From the human T2T-CHM13v2.0 reference genome, Homo sapiens, in NCBI RefSeq assembly GCF_009914755.1, contig NC_060932.1: a stretch of 64,000 nt of DNA. One strand, written 5' to 3'. Below, one piece after another: positions 41,671-64,000 of this stretch. Below the pieces are notes generated by a model. It made no database searches. It worked only from the letters and a program-made list of their open reading frames with translations, and was not told where the DNA came from. The position numbers and the translations under genes are program-made. Numbering within the stretch: position 1 is the first letter of the stretch; every line of letters begins with the position of its first letter.

Positions 41671-41978
41671 CTGTACTGTACAATATGATGGCCACCGATC
41701 ACATGTGGGTGTTGAGCACTTGAACTGTGGCTAGTCCAGATTGAGATGTACTCTGAGTGTAAAATACACCACAGATTCCAAGTGCTTAGTATGAAAAAAC
41801 ATAAACGTAAAATCTGTCATTAATAACTTTATACTGATTATAAGTTGAATGAGAATATTTTTGAATACTGCATTAAATAAAATGTATTATTATAATTAAT
41901 TTCACCTGTTTCTTTTACTTACTAGGAAATGTAAAGTGGCATATGTGGCTCCCATTCCATTTCTATGAGAACACATTG
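41671..41978. mobile_element. MER33/MER3-like hAT MITE
   Basis: CACATGTGG...TTGAGCACTTGAACTGTGGCTAGTCC...GTGTAAAATACACC; flanks ATCTAGAC/TTCTGGAT fit the hAT NTCTAGAN 8-bp TSD. Confidence 0.85.
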
Positions 41979-42186
41979 TTCTGGATCATTCTGGAGCGGT
42001 GCTGGAAACAGGCAATATCTCAGTACCATTCTTTTCACTTCAGATACTTTCTGAAGAATAAATAAAGGTACTTGAAAACAAAAGTTATGTATATTTTTAT
42101 AATTCATGGAGCAAGTGCAGTCTATATTGAAGGCCATGTGTATAAGTATCTTTTTGTGTTTGTGTTTGAAAGAAATAGATACTGGA

Positions 42187-42844
<658 letters not shown>

Positions 42845-43756
42845 TTATTTGCAAAGTCCTGGAGGACAGAAACCATACATGGGCCCAGCATGTTGTTCCA
42901 TACAGACAGGAATTTGATCACTCCTTTTCAAAGATAAACTCTTAGCATAATCTGGGTTTGCTCTGTTACAACAGTGTTAATGATATGTACTACTGCAGAA
43001 GAATCCTAATTTTTAAACAAATTTTAGCTGCTAAGTCTCAGCATTGAAGATTTTACATATAATGAAAAATTTACCTCTTGTGAAGTTTTATGAAATGATG
43101 TATGAACTGTAAGGTTATTATTAACTTTATGTTAGTTATATAAATTAGTTACATAATGACAGTAAGTTATTACTAAGTGTAAGAGAGCAGGAGACTGCTA
43201 GCAGAGTCAAACTTCAAAGTTATCCCAGTTCAATCCATTTTCACTTATGTAAACATGCAAAAGATCATTACCATAGTTCCAAATTGGCTGTTATGTGTTC
43301 CAGACATATAATCCCAAAGAGGTACTGAAGTTGGATTTTGCCTTTTGACAAAAATATCTGCCACCTTGGTTGACGTGCTAAAAATGAATGCACAGTTCAA
43401 GTGTTTGAGATGCTGAAGATAATCCTCTGATTACATCAAAATTGCTCTGCAAGTACAGAAAGAGTAAGCAGATTAGATCCTGATCCATTTGTCCTGGCGA
43501 TAAAGAAAAAGAGCAAGGAAAAAAAAAATGCTAAGTCTCTCCTTTGAAGGTTTACAAGCCTATATCTAAGTACATCTTGTTGTTGTTTTTCTTTATAAGA
43601 ATAGAAAGAAAACTTCTTTATCAGTTGTTAAGTGCCAAAGTGGGTAGGATGATGAAACAAACAGAAAACATTAATCTGCAGGCCCACCTGCCAATTTCAC
43701 CTTCATCTTCCTGCAAAAGATGAACACATTTTAGTCAGTTTTAAAATGAGTAAATC

Positions 43757-44923
43757 TAAAAAGCTTCTGCACAACAAAGGAAACAATTAATGGAGTAAAG
43801 AGACAGCCCACAGATTGGGAGAAAATCTTTGCAAATCATATTTCGGGAAAGTGGCTGATGTGCAAAATATACAGGGCACTCAAACTACTCAATAACAACA
43901 AAACAAGATCCTATTAAAAATGGGCAAAAGACTTAAAAAGACATTTCCCAAAAGAAGACATACAAATGACCAATGGATATATAAAAAATACTCAACATCT
44001 CTAATCATCAAAGAAATGCAAATTAAAACCACAGTGAGATATCACCTCACTCCTGTTAGATTTGCTATTGTCAAAAAGATGAAAGATAACAAGTGTTGGT
44101 GAGAATGTGAACAATAGGGAACCCTTGAACACTGTTGGTGGGAATGTAAGTTGGTACAGCCATTTTGGAAAACAGTATGTAGGTTCCTCAAAAAAAATAA
44201 AATTAGAATTACCCTATGACCCAGCAATCCTACTGCTGGGTATATATCCAAAGGAATTAAAGTCAGCATGTCCAAGAGATATCTACACTCTCATGTTTAT
44301 TGCAGCACTGTTTACAATAGCCAAGAGAGGAAAACAACCTATTTCCATCAACCAATGAATAGATAAAGAAAATATGATACACACAATAGAAAACTACAAG
44401 GAATTCTGCCATTTGCAACAACGTGGGTAAACCTAGAGGACATTATCTTAAGTGAAATAAGCCAGGCACAGAGCGAACAAATACCATATGCTCTCACTTA
44501 TATATGAAATCCAAAAAGTCAAACTCACAGAAGTAGAGAGAGAATGGTGGTTACCAGTAACGGGAAGGGTGAGTGGTGGTGGGGTTGGGGGTGGACAGGG
44601 AAAGGGGTGATTTAGGTTAACAGGTACAAAGTTTCAGTCAGATAGGGGCAATATGTTCTGGTGATCTGTTGCACAGCATGGCGACTATAGTTAACAATAA
44701 TGTATATTTCAAAACAGCTAAAAGAGGGGATTTGAAATGTTCTCACTCCAAAGAAATGATAAATATTTGAGGTAATAGATATGTTAATTAGCCCGATATG
44801 ATTATTTCACAATATAGACATGTATCAAAACATTATGTCATACCCCATGAATATATCAGTTTATAACAAAATATGACAATAATTACTTGTCAATTAAAAA
44901 TAAAATAAAACAATAAAAAGCTT
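43757..44923 (+). mobile_element. 5'-truncated L1MA (MA7/8-like)
   Basis: ORF2 C-terminus ([34 protein letters not shown]) plus L1MA 3'UTR; TAAAAAGCTT at both ends. Confidence 0.92.
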
Positions 44924-45540
44924 GCTTATGGGGGTCTCAGTGGCAGGCCCACAGGAACGGCTGGAACTTGGTAATTAACTGCTGCTTCTGGATCCTCAGC
45001 AAAAGACAGTAGTGATTCAAAACCATGTTCAAAGAGGAGAGTTCCTGGAATAATAATAATAATTCAACCCTGAAGGTTTTCACAGCTGTTGTGTGAATTG
45101 GGCATTGCTGCTCTCTTGAGCTGTTAAGTATGTCAGATTTTCTTATGAAAAACACAGAGGGTCCCACTGCATGGAATGTTCAGGTCTGAAGAGCTTAATA
45201 ATAATCACACTCATTGGTTCTATGCCCACCCCACAGGGGTAATTAGCTAATTGTCTGTGAAGCCCTTTGAAATGAATATGCTCAGAGTCAGAAGTTGAGA
45301 TACATGCTTGAACTTGAACGGATGTCAGGAATATTAGATTTTTATGTCAGTCCAATAGCACCAGACATAAAATAACATACATTAATGCATTATCTATTTA
45401 GGTACATGATCATCCTTCCCACCCATAAAAGCTGTTTTTTTTCTCCTTGCCTATTTATATAAGGGACTATTGTTTTCAAACTGCCATTATTAATATTGAA
45501 TTTCCTACAAAATATATTGTTTAACAGTCTTTAATTTTTT

Positions 45541-45916
45541 AAACATGTTTTATTTTTATCCCTTCCTTCCTTCCTTCCTTCCTTCCTTCCTTCCTTCCTT
45601 TCTTTCTGTCTTTCTTTCTTTCTTTCTTCTTTTTTTTTTTGAGACAGGATCTTGTTGTGTCACCCAGGCTGGATTGCAATGACAAAATCATAGCTTACTG
45701 CAGCCATGAACTCCCAGGCTCAAGCATTCCTCCCAATTCAGCCTCCTGAGTAGCTAAGACAACAGGTGCACCACCAAAACAGGCTAGTTTTTTTTTATTT
45801 TTTGTAGAGACAGAGCCTTGTTGTGTTGCTCAGGCTGGTCTCCTGGGCTCAAAAGATCCTCCCACCTCTGTCTACCAAAGTGCTGGGAATACAGGTGTGA
45901 GCCACCACACCTGGGC
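45541..45916 (-). mobile_element. AluJ (Jo-like) with (TTCC)n-expanded tail
   Basis: ATCATAGCTTACTGCAGCC...CAGGCTCAAGC; approximate TSD CTTTAATTTTT/CTTTAACTTTT. Confidence 0.92.
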
Positions 45917-46048
45917 TTTAACTTTTGAATATATACTTGTTGACTTGATCTTCTTCTGACATTAAAAAACAGCAAGGTAATTTTGATAGATTTGTTTAAA
46001 ACATACAATAAACGAGACAAATATGAATGACTAAAAATGGTGCCATAG

Positions 46049-46387
<339 letters not shown>

Positions 46388-47809
46388 TAGCTATTTTTAA
46401 CTCAATTTTTCTTTGGGCAGATGCATAGATCCACTGAATATTTTAACTGAAAGATGCTTGATGATCAGTCAACGAAATCTTTCATTTTCCATAAGTTAAC
46501 TGTTTGCCTCTTGGTTGCTTCCGAGTTTCTTGAGCTTCCAAGGTCTACCTTGGTCATAAGCCCTGAGTCACAAGGGCGAGTCTCCAGCTCCCTCACACAC
46601 CATTCCGTGGGCCTGACTCAGCCATTTTCTGGCCTCTAGCCTCGGAACCCAGCTCTTGCAGCTGTAGCCCTCTGTGTGCACAGCTTTGCCCCACAAGGAC
46701 ACACCCCACTTCCTTCATCCTAAACCCCCTGATTAAAAGCCTGACTGTGATGATTTGGGATGACAGAAGAAAAACAGATCATGACAATCTATTTCAAACT
46801 AAGTTTTTGAGACTCATCCTCAAATTCCTGGACCATTTCCACCAAGCCTCACTTCTCTATCTCAGTACTAAGCTTAACTAAACATAACCATTAAAGTGCC
46901 TCTCCTGAGTGGAGGAAAGAGCAGAGAAATCCTCTCCCAAAGAGCAATGATATCCTCCTCCTAGGCCACTGAGCCCTATATCTAGCCAGGCTTAAAAATA
47001 CAGTATCAATGTGACATATTCCTTCCCATGACCTTCAGATGAGAAGTCTGGAGATGCACAGACTTTTGCCCAACACCACTCAGCCAGGGAGCTGTGCAGC
47101 TGGCTTGCAACTGGATTTCCAGGTTCCCACCCAAGTGCATATCTTACATTGCAGCAGACCAACTGCAAAATGAAACAAGAACACCTTAACTGAGGGTAAA
47201 TATCAGAGTGTCCACAAAGGGGGCACTATTAAACCATAGGTATCAGGAAGCCCAGTTGTGCCCTGGCCCGATATTGACTTGCAGCCTGTCTGGGGACCAT
47301 ATCTTGGTGGTTTGTGTTGCTCCAATGGCATTCTAAAATAGAGGATATGTTCAGTGTTACTTCGGCTACAGCATTTTATTGCCTCCAAAATAGAAGATGC
47401 CCATCTGGGAGCACCTGATGTTATGAAGAGCAAGGGAACAAGCGCAGAATAATATTAAAGCCACAGGGTTCTAGCCAGAGGCAGACCAATGCTTCTGGGC
47501 TTACCATTTGGACAGTCATAGAGGCAATTTATATCACAGCCATTCAGCAACTACTGCATTATCTTTCCCAGCTCTGTTCTTTCTCAGAACAAAAATTGTA
47601 TAATTGAAACAGTAGGTATTTTACCACAACCCCTGGGTCATAATTTGAATAATAGATGTTTATCGTAAGGAATTTTTCACCCTCTCATCTGCTGAGATTT
47701 GTTCTCATAAAGTACAGATGGTGACAATGGAAGCAGGACAGGGTGAGGTTAAAGTGAACCGAGAGGGACTCTGGTTATAGGCTCCACAATTCCAGATCAA
47801 GTGATGGCT

Positions 47810-48030
47810 GTGGAGTAAGCACAGCCTTATGCATTGAGGACCCAGATTTGAGGTCTGCACTCATTAGTTTTGGGCAAGATTCTTAACCGCAAAGAGCATC
47901 AATTTTCAAATCTGTAAATTAGGATTAGTTTAACTAATGCCTACTTATAAAATTGTTGTAAGGATTACGTGAGCCAAGAGGTATAAAGACACCAAGTAAA
48001 CTGGCAAACATTCCTCAAATGTTAGCTACC
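47810..48030 (+). mobile_element. MIR
   Basis: TTGGGCAAGATTCTTAACC...ATCTGTAAATTAGGA...GTTGTAAGGATTACGTGAG...AAATGTTAGCTA. Confidence 0.8.
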
Positions 48031-48619
48031 ACCAGCGTCTTTTATCTCAAGTCTGAGAATTATAGGCCAAATAGGAGGAGACTACAATCTGATAAAGTCT
48101 AAACTTATAATGAGAACATGTATGTGGAGGGCTCATTATCTATTGATGAAGATTTGCAAAGATGATTGTTAAAGAAATATTCAGTTACTTGACATAGAAT
48201 ACCAAAGAAAATTTTTTTCAAAAATTTAATTTTTAAATAAAAGTTCTATGATGCACTTAAACTTCTTAAAGGAACAAATGGCTTAGTCACCTGAAATCAA
48301 GGCAGATAGTTTTTGCCCAAATTCAGTAGGTGTTTTGATATAAGCAAAGTTAAAATCTAACTTCGGTCTGTGATATGAGAATGTATAGCTCTATTTTTGA
48401 TGTTTCTTTTCATTCTACAAATCATTCAAATACGTGATTGGTGTCCTTTGGAATTTTTGTAATCAAATACTTGGTTAATGTCACAGACATTTAATTGCAT
48501 GTTAAGTGGTTTATTAGTCTGTCTTTGTTTGAGTATTTACAACTCAGGAACTGGGAAACTGAAGTTGCTTAGAAAAGTTACTGACTCATGTCACAGTGAC
48601 AGCTACCTGGTGAGCCATG

Positions 48620-50113
48620 ATCTTTCTGTCTGGCTTCTTTTACTTATCATATTTTCAAAGTTCATCCATGTTGTAGCATGTATGAGTTCTTCATTTCCAT
48701 TGTATGGATATGCCACATTTTATTTATCTGTTCATCAATTGATTGACATTTGCATTGTTTCCATCTTTTGACTGTTATAAAGAATGCTGCTATAAATATT
48801 CGTGTAAAGGATTTTGCATAAACACATGTTTTCAATTATCTTGGGTATATACATAGAAAGAGAATTGTCAGGTCAATGGTAAATGCTACATTAAACTTTT
48901 TGGAGGACTACTAGACTGTTTTCCACAGTGGCTACAACATTTTACATTCTCAGCCACAGTGTACAAGGGCTTCAGTTTCTCCACATTCACATCTAGAGTT
49001 GTTATTTGACTTTTTAATTTTACCCATCATAGTGAGCATGAACTAGTATCTCATTGCAGTTTTGAATTACACTGTCCTGATGGCTAAGGATGTTGAACAT
49101 CTTTTCATGTGCTTTTTGGCCATCTGAATATCTCCTTAGGGGAATTTCTACTCAACTCCTTTGCCATGTTTTAATTGGGTTATTTGTTTTTTCACTGACT
49201 AGTAAGAGTTCTTTATGTATTCTAGATACAAGTCCCTTCTCAGGTACATAATTTGCAAATATTTTCTCCCATTCTTTGGGTTGCCTTTTCACATTCTGAA
49301 TGGTTTCATTTAAAGTACAAAAGTTTCTAATTTTGATGGTATCCATTTTTTTTCTTTCTTTTCATGTATTTAGTGTCATTTAACAAACAATTGACTAATT
49401 CAAAGTCATGGAGATCTATGTCTATGTTTTTTTCTTAGAGCTTTATAGTTTTAGCCCCTACATTTAGGTCTTTGATCCATGGATATAACTTCATTATTAT
49501 GTAATGGATATACTATTGTCCCAGTAATATTTGTTGAAGATAATTTTCTTTTCTCATTGAATTGTCTTGGCAGCATTATCAATAATTAGTTGACTATACA
49601 TATGAGAGTTTTTTTCTGTATTCTTAATTCTACCCCACTGCTCTATATATCTATCCTCATTCCAGTACCACATTGTTTTAGTTTCTATAACTTTATAGTA
49701 AGTTTTAAATTTTGGAAGTGTGAGTCCTCAAACTTTGTTCTTCTTCTTCAAGCTTGTTTTGGCTATTCTGATCTCTTGAATTTCTATGTACATTTTAAGA
49801 TCAGCTTGTCAATTTTTGCAAAGAAACCAGGTGGGATTTTGATAGAGATTACACTGAATCTGTGGATTAGTTTGGGTAGTATTGTCATCTTATCAAATTT
49901 AAGTATTCTGATCCATGAATGTAGGTATCTTCCCATTTACTTGGATTTTCACTACTATTTTCAACATGTTTTGTACTTTTCAAAGTATAAATTTTGTACT
50001 TTTTTTGTTAAATACATTCCAAAGTATTTTATGATCTTTGATGTTATTGTAGTTAGATTTTTAAATATCATTTTTGTATTGTTCATTACAAGAATATAAA
50101 AATATAATTGATA
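48620..50113 (-). mobile_element. Old L1 (L1MB/MC-like) ORF2 3' part; resumes at 56112
   Basis: Minus ORF NVKRQPKEWEKIFANY; sequence rejoins across the duplication AAATATAATTGATA/AAATATGATTGATA. Confidence 0.85.
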
Positions 50114-50121
50114 ATAAATGG

Positions 50122-55780
<5,659 letters not shown>

Positions 55781-56111
55781 AGAGCTTATGATGGGATACA
55801 GAGAGGAAATTGAATTGAGAACTGGGGGGGATAAAGGAAAAAGGCAATAATTATATTTAAAAATTTAAAAAGTGGGGTTTAACATGGATAAATGATGATA
55901 GCTTGCTAAGAAATTAATATTATAAACTCAATTCTGTACATCTGAGGTTAAAAAAGAAGTCTCTGCTAGTAATTCTCTGAGCTATACCACTTTTGGAAAT
56001 AATTACACTTTTATTTAAATATTATAGTTTGGTTAAGTTGTCTATACATACATAAAATAAATGTAATATTTTTGCTTCAATCTTGAATAAAATTTGTTTT
56101 CAATGAGAAAA

Positions 56112-59100
56112 AGAAATATGATTGATATTTTTGTATTGGTCTTATATTCTGAAACCTTGCTGACTTAATTTATTAGTTATAATGCTTTTAAAAAATATTA
56201 TTAGATTAAACATGATAAGATTAATCATATTAAAATTTAAATGTCAATGGCATTTAGTATGTTGTACAGCCACCAGTTCTGTCAAGTTCCAAAATATTTT
56301 CTTTCACCACAAAAGAAAATCCATAAATGTCCCACAAGCAGTCACTTCCTTTTCCATTCTACTTGTAGCAGCTGACAACCATCAATCAGCTTTCTGTATC
56401 TACGGATTTATCTCTTCTGAATATTTCATAAATATGGAATCAGTTGACCATAGGTGTATGGGCTTATTCCTGGACTTTCTATTCTATTTTTTTGACTATA
56501 TATTTATCCTTATGCCAGTACCATACTGTTTTGATTACCGTAACTTTGAGGTAAGTTTGAAATAAAGAATTGCGAGTCCTTTAGTTTTGTTCTTTCCAAG
56601 ATTCTCATGACTTCATAGTTCCATGTCTTGCATTTAAGTCTTTAATCCATTTTAATTGGATTTTTGCATGTGGCAAGAGGCATTTCCCTTTGCAATTCCA
56701 TATGAATTTAAAGATCAGCTTTTTTATTTCTGCCAATTAAATAGAAGAAAATTTCCTTCTATTCCTAGTTTTCTGAATTTTTCTTTTCTTCAGAAAAGGA
56801 TGTTAAGTTTTGTCAAGTGCTTTTTCTGCATCAATTGAGATGTTATTTTCTTCATTCTATTAATGTGGTATATTCATAGATGTTTTATGTTTTGACTCAC
56901 TCCTGTATTCCTGAAATAAATTCCCCTTGGCCATGGTGTATAATACTTTTACTGTTACGTTGGATTTGGTTTTCTAGTATTTTCTTGAGGTTTTTTGTAT
57001 CCATATTTATAAGGAATATTTATCTGTAGTTTTCCTGTGGTGTTTAGTCTGGCTTTGGTATTGGAGTAATACTGGTTTCAAAGAATAAGTAAGAACTGTT
57101 TCCTCCTCTTCTATTGCCTTTGTATGTAAAAAACTTGAGAAGTGTTGGTGATAATTCTTTAAATCGTTGGTAGAATTCACCAATGAAGCAAACTGGCTTG
57201 GACCTTTTCTGTTGGGAAGTTTTTGATTACTGATTCCTTTACTTTTTTATTATTTGCTTAGTAGTCACCAGTTTACAACAAACACCCAAATCTGTAACAA
57301 TCTAGTTTGAATTGACACCAACATAGTTTCTTCACTCCTATGTAAGGTCCATCCCCCTTATATTGTTATTATCATAAATTATATCTCTGTATATTATATG
57401 GGTATTAACATATATTACTGTTTTATGTCAACAAAATGTACTATTTTACTAATTTGTCTTTTTAGGAAATAAAAATAATTTAAAAACAAAAATACAATAA
57501 TACTGACTTTAATGTTTACATATATAGTACCTTTTCCAGAGTTTTTAATTTTTGTATGTGGCTTGGAGTTACTGTCATACTGTACTTTCATTTCAGTCTG
57601 AAGGACCTTTTTATTCCTTACCTTTTGTAAAGTAGGCCTACTGGTAAAGCACTCCCTCAATTTTTGTTTCTTTAGGTGTGTCCTAGTTTCTCTCTCACTT
57701 TTTAAAGATAGTTTTACCAGATATAAAATTCTTGGCTGACAGTTTTTTCTTTCAGCACTTAAAAGTTACATCCCACTGCCTTCTGGCCTCCATATTGTCT
57801 CATGAAAAATTGACTAACAGTCTTATTTAGAATGTCATGTGCATAAGTCTCTTCTCTCTTGCTGCTTTCAAAATTCACCTTTGGCTTTGGCGTTTGACAA
57901 TTTGGTTACAATATGTCTCTGTGTGAATCTCTTTGCATTTTTCTTTCTTTGAGTTTAATAAGCTGGTTGGATTTGTAATTTCATGTCTCTTATAAAACTT
58001 CATGAGTTTTTATCCATTATTTTTTCAGATTTTTTTTCTGCTTCTTTTTCTTTGTCCTCTCCTTCTGGGATTCCTACTATGCAAATGTTGGTATCCTTGA
58101 TGGTGTCACAGATGTGTCTTAGTTTCATTCTTTTTTTCTTTCTTCTACACTGACTGCATAATTTCAATTGATCCATCTCCAAGTTTGCTGATTCTTTTTT
58201 CTGCCCATTTAAAATGTGCTATTAAAATTCTCTAGTGAGTTTTCAATATGTTGTTATGTTTTTTAGTTCCAGAATTTCTGTTTGGTTCCTTTTTATAATT
58301 TCTATCTCTTTATTGATATTCTCTGTTGAAATGTCATTCTCCTAGTTCCCTTTAGTATTTTGTTCATAAATTATTTAGCTTTTGAATATATTTAAGGTCA
58401 TTGATTATAGTATTTATTTGCCTAATAAGTCAAGTATCTGTGCTTCTTTAGGGATAGTTTCTGCTCAGTTCTTCTGTGAGCAGAAACTTCTGTGGGCTAT
58501 AGTTCCTTATTTGTTTTCATGCTTCATAGTTTTTTGTTGAAAACTGGAAATTTTGATTATTATAAAGTCATAATTCTAGAAATCAGATCACATTCTTCTC
58601 CTTCTTAGAGTTTGTTTTTGTCGCTTTCTGTGCACTGTAGCTATCTGTTTGATTAGTGAGTCTTCTGTACTATTATTATGAATTTTGTTTTATTTGTCAT
58701 GTGTGCTCTCTGAAGTCTTAGTTCCATTAGCTTGTGTTCAACTCATATTTTGACAGAGATTTTTATAACTATCAGGAGGAAGCAGAAGGAAGAAAGGAAG
58801 GAAGGAAGGCAGGGAAGAAGGAAGAAAGGAAGGAAGGAAGGAAAAAAGAAAGTAAGGAAGGGAGGAAGGGAAGAAGGAAGGAAGGAAGATGGGAGAAGGG
58901 AAGGAATGGAGGGAGAGAGGAAGGAAGGGAAGGGAGGAAGGGAGGAAGGAAGGAAGAAAGAAGGAAAGAAGAAAGAAAGAAAGGAAAGAAAGAAAGAGAA
59001 AGAAAGAAGGGAAGGAAAGAGAAGAGGGAGAAGGAGGGAGGGAACAAGCGAAAAAAAAAACCCTCTCTCAATATTTGCTGACTGGCTCTGTGTTGGAACA

Positions 59101-59525
59101 CTCCTTCAGTGCTTTTTCAGGCTGTTCACAACTCTTTCTCAGCCTTCACTTCCTGCTAGAACTGAGTCCAAAGATCAGCCAGAGATAAAAGCTTAGGGTC
59201 TACTCAGGTCTTTTATGAGCATGAATCCTGACTAAGACATGTGCGTGGCTTTCTAAATTCCCCAGTATATATGAGCTCTTTGAATTCACCAATTTCTTTA
59301 AGAAAATTTTCTTATATTTTTCTCTTAGGCTTTTGGCGCTATATTTTTTCCCTCAACTGTAATCTTTTGCCCCGGGTGACAGCAATTGCTCATTTTCCTT
59401 ACAATTTTTTCAAGGGGATGCCCACTTCTTTTCTTCTCTTAGTGAGCTCTGAGTTGGGAAAAGCAAGGGAAAAGGCTTTGCCTCATTCCTTAATATAGCC
59501 TCCAGACAGATTAGAACAACCACAA
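56112..59525 (-). mobile_element. Mosaic of old L1M fragments (3'UTR, ORF2, ORF1, 5' region)
   Basis: Minus ORFs LRHICDTIKDTNICIVGIPEGE and RECFTSRPTLQ are L1 ORF1p-like; ORF2 and L1MB 3'UTR motifs present. Confidence 0.8.
58775..59045. repeat. Polypurine (GGAA/GAAA)n low-complexity tract
   Basis: ~270 bp almost purely G/A. Confidence 0.95.
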
Positions 59526-59534
59526 TTTTTTTTT

Positions 59535-64000
<4,466 letters not shown>

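Noticed and set aside
58732-59196. Arg/Lys/Glu/Gly-rich ORFs
   Set aside because: Artefact of the stop-free GGAA low-complexity tract.

Overview
Primate (human-like) nuclear DNA that is AT-rich, CpG-poor and dominated by transposable-element fossils. It holds three large +strand L1 copies: L1PB-type at 1-5097, and L1PA7/8-type at 50122-55370 and 59535->64000. All three are frameshifted and internally deleted. There are also many older L1M pieces, 12 Alus, several solo LTRs (THE1, MST, MLT1, ERV1-type), a decayed two-LTR ERVL provirus (26338-32252) and a near-full-length hAT/Charlie transposase fossil (19511-21960). No known protein-coding gene, RNA gene or CRISPR array is recognisable, and essentially all ORFs in the supplied track are repeat-derived or chance. 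The best non-repeat signal is a set of 4-5 small +strand exon candidates (10.7-25.0 kb) with canonical splice sites. They splice into one uninterrupted 103-111 codon ORF followed by AATAAA, a candidate orphan gene or lncRNA that is unproven. Subfamily names come from recalled consensus features, not a database search, and boundaries of old elements are approximate.
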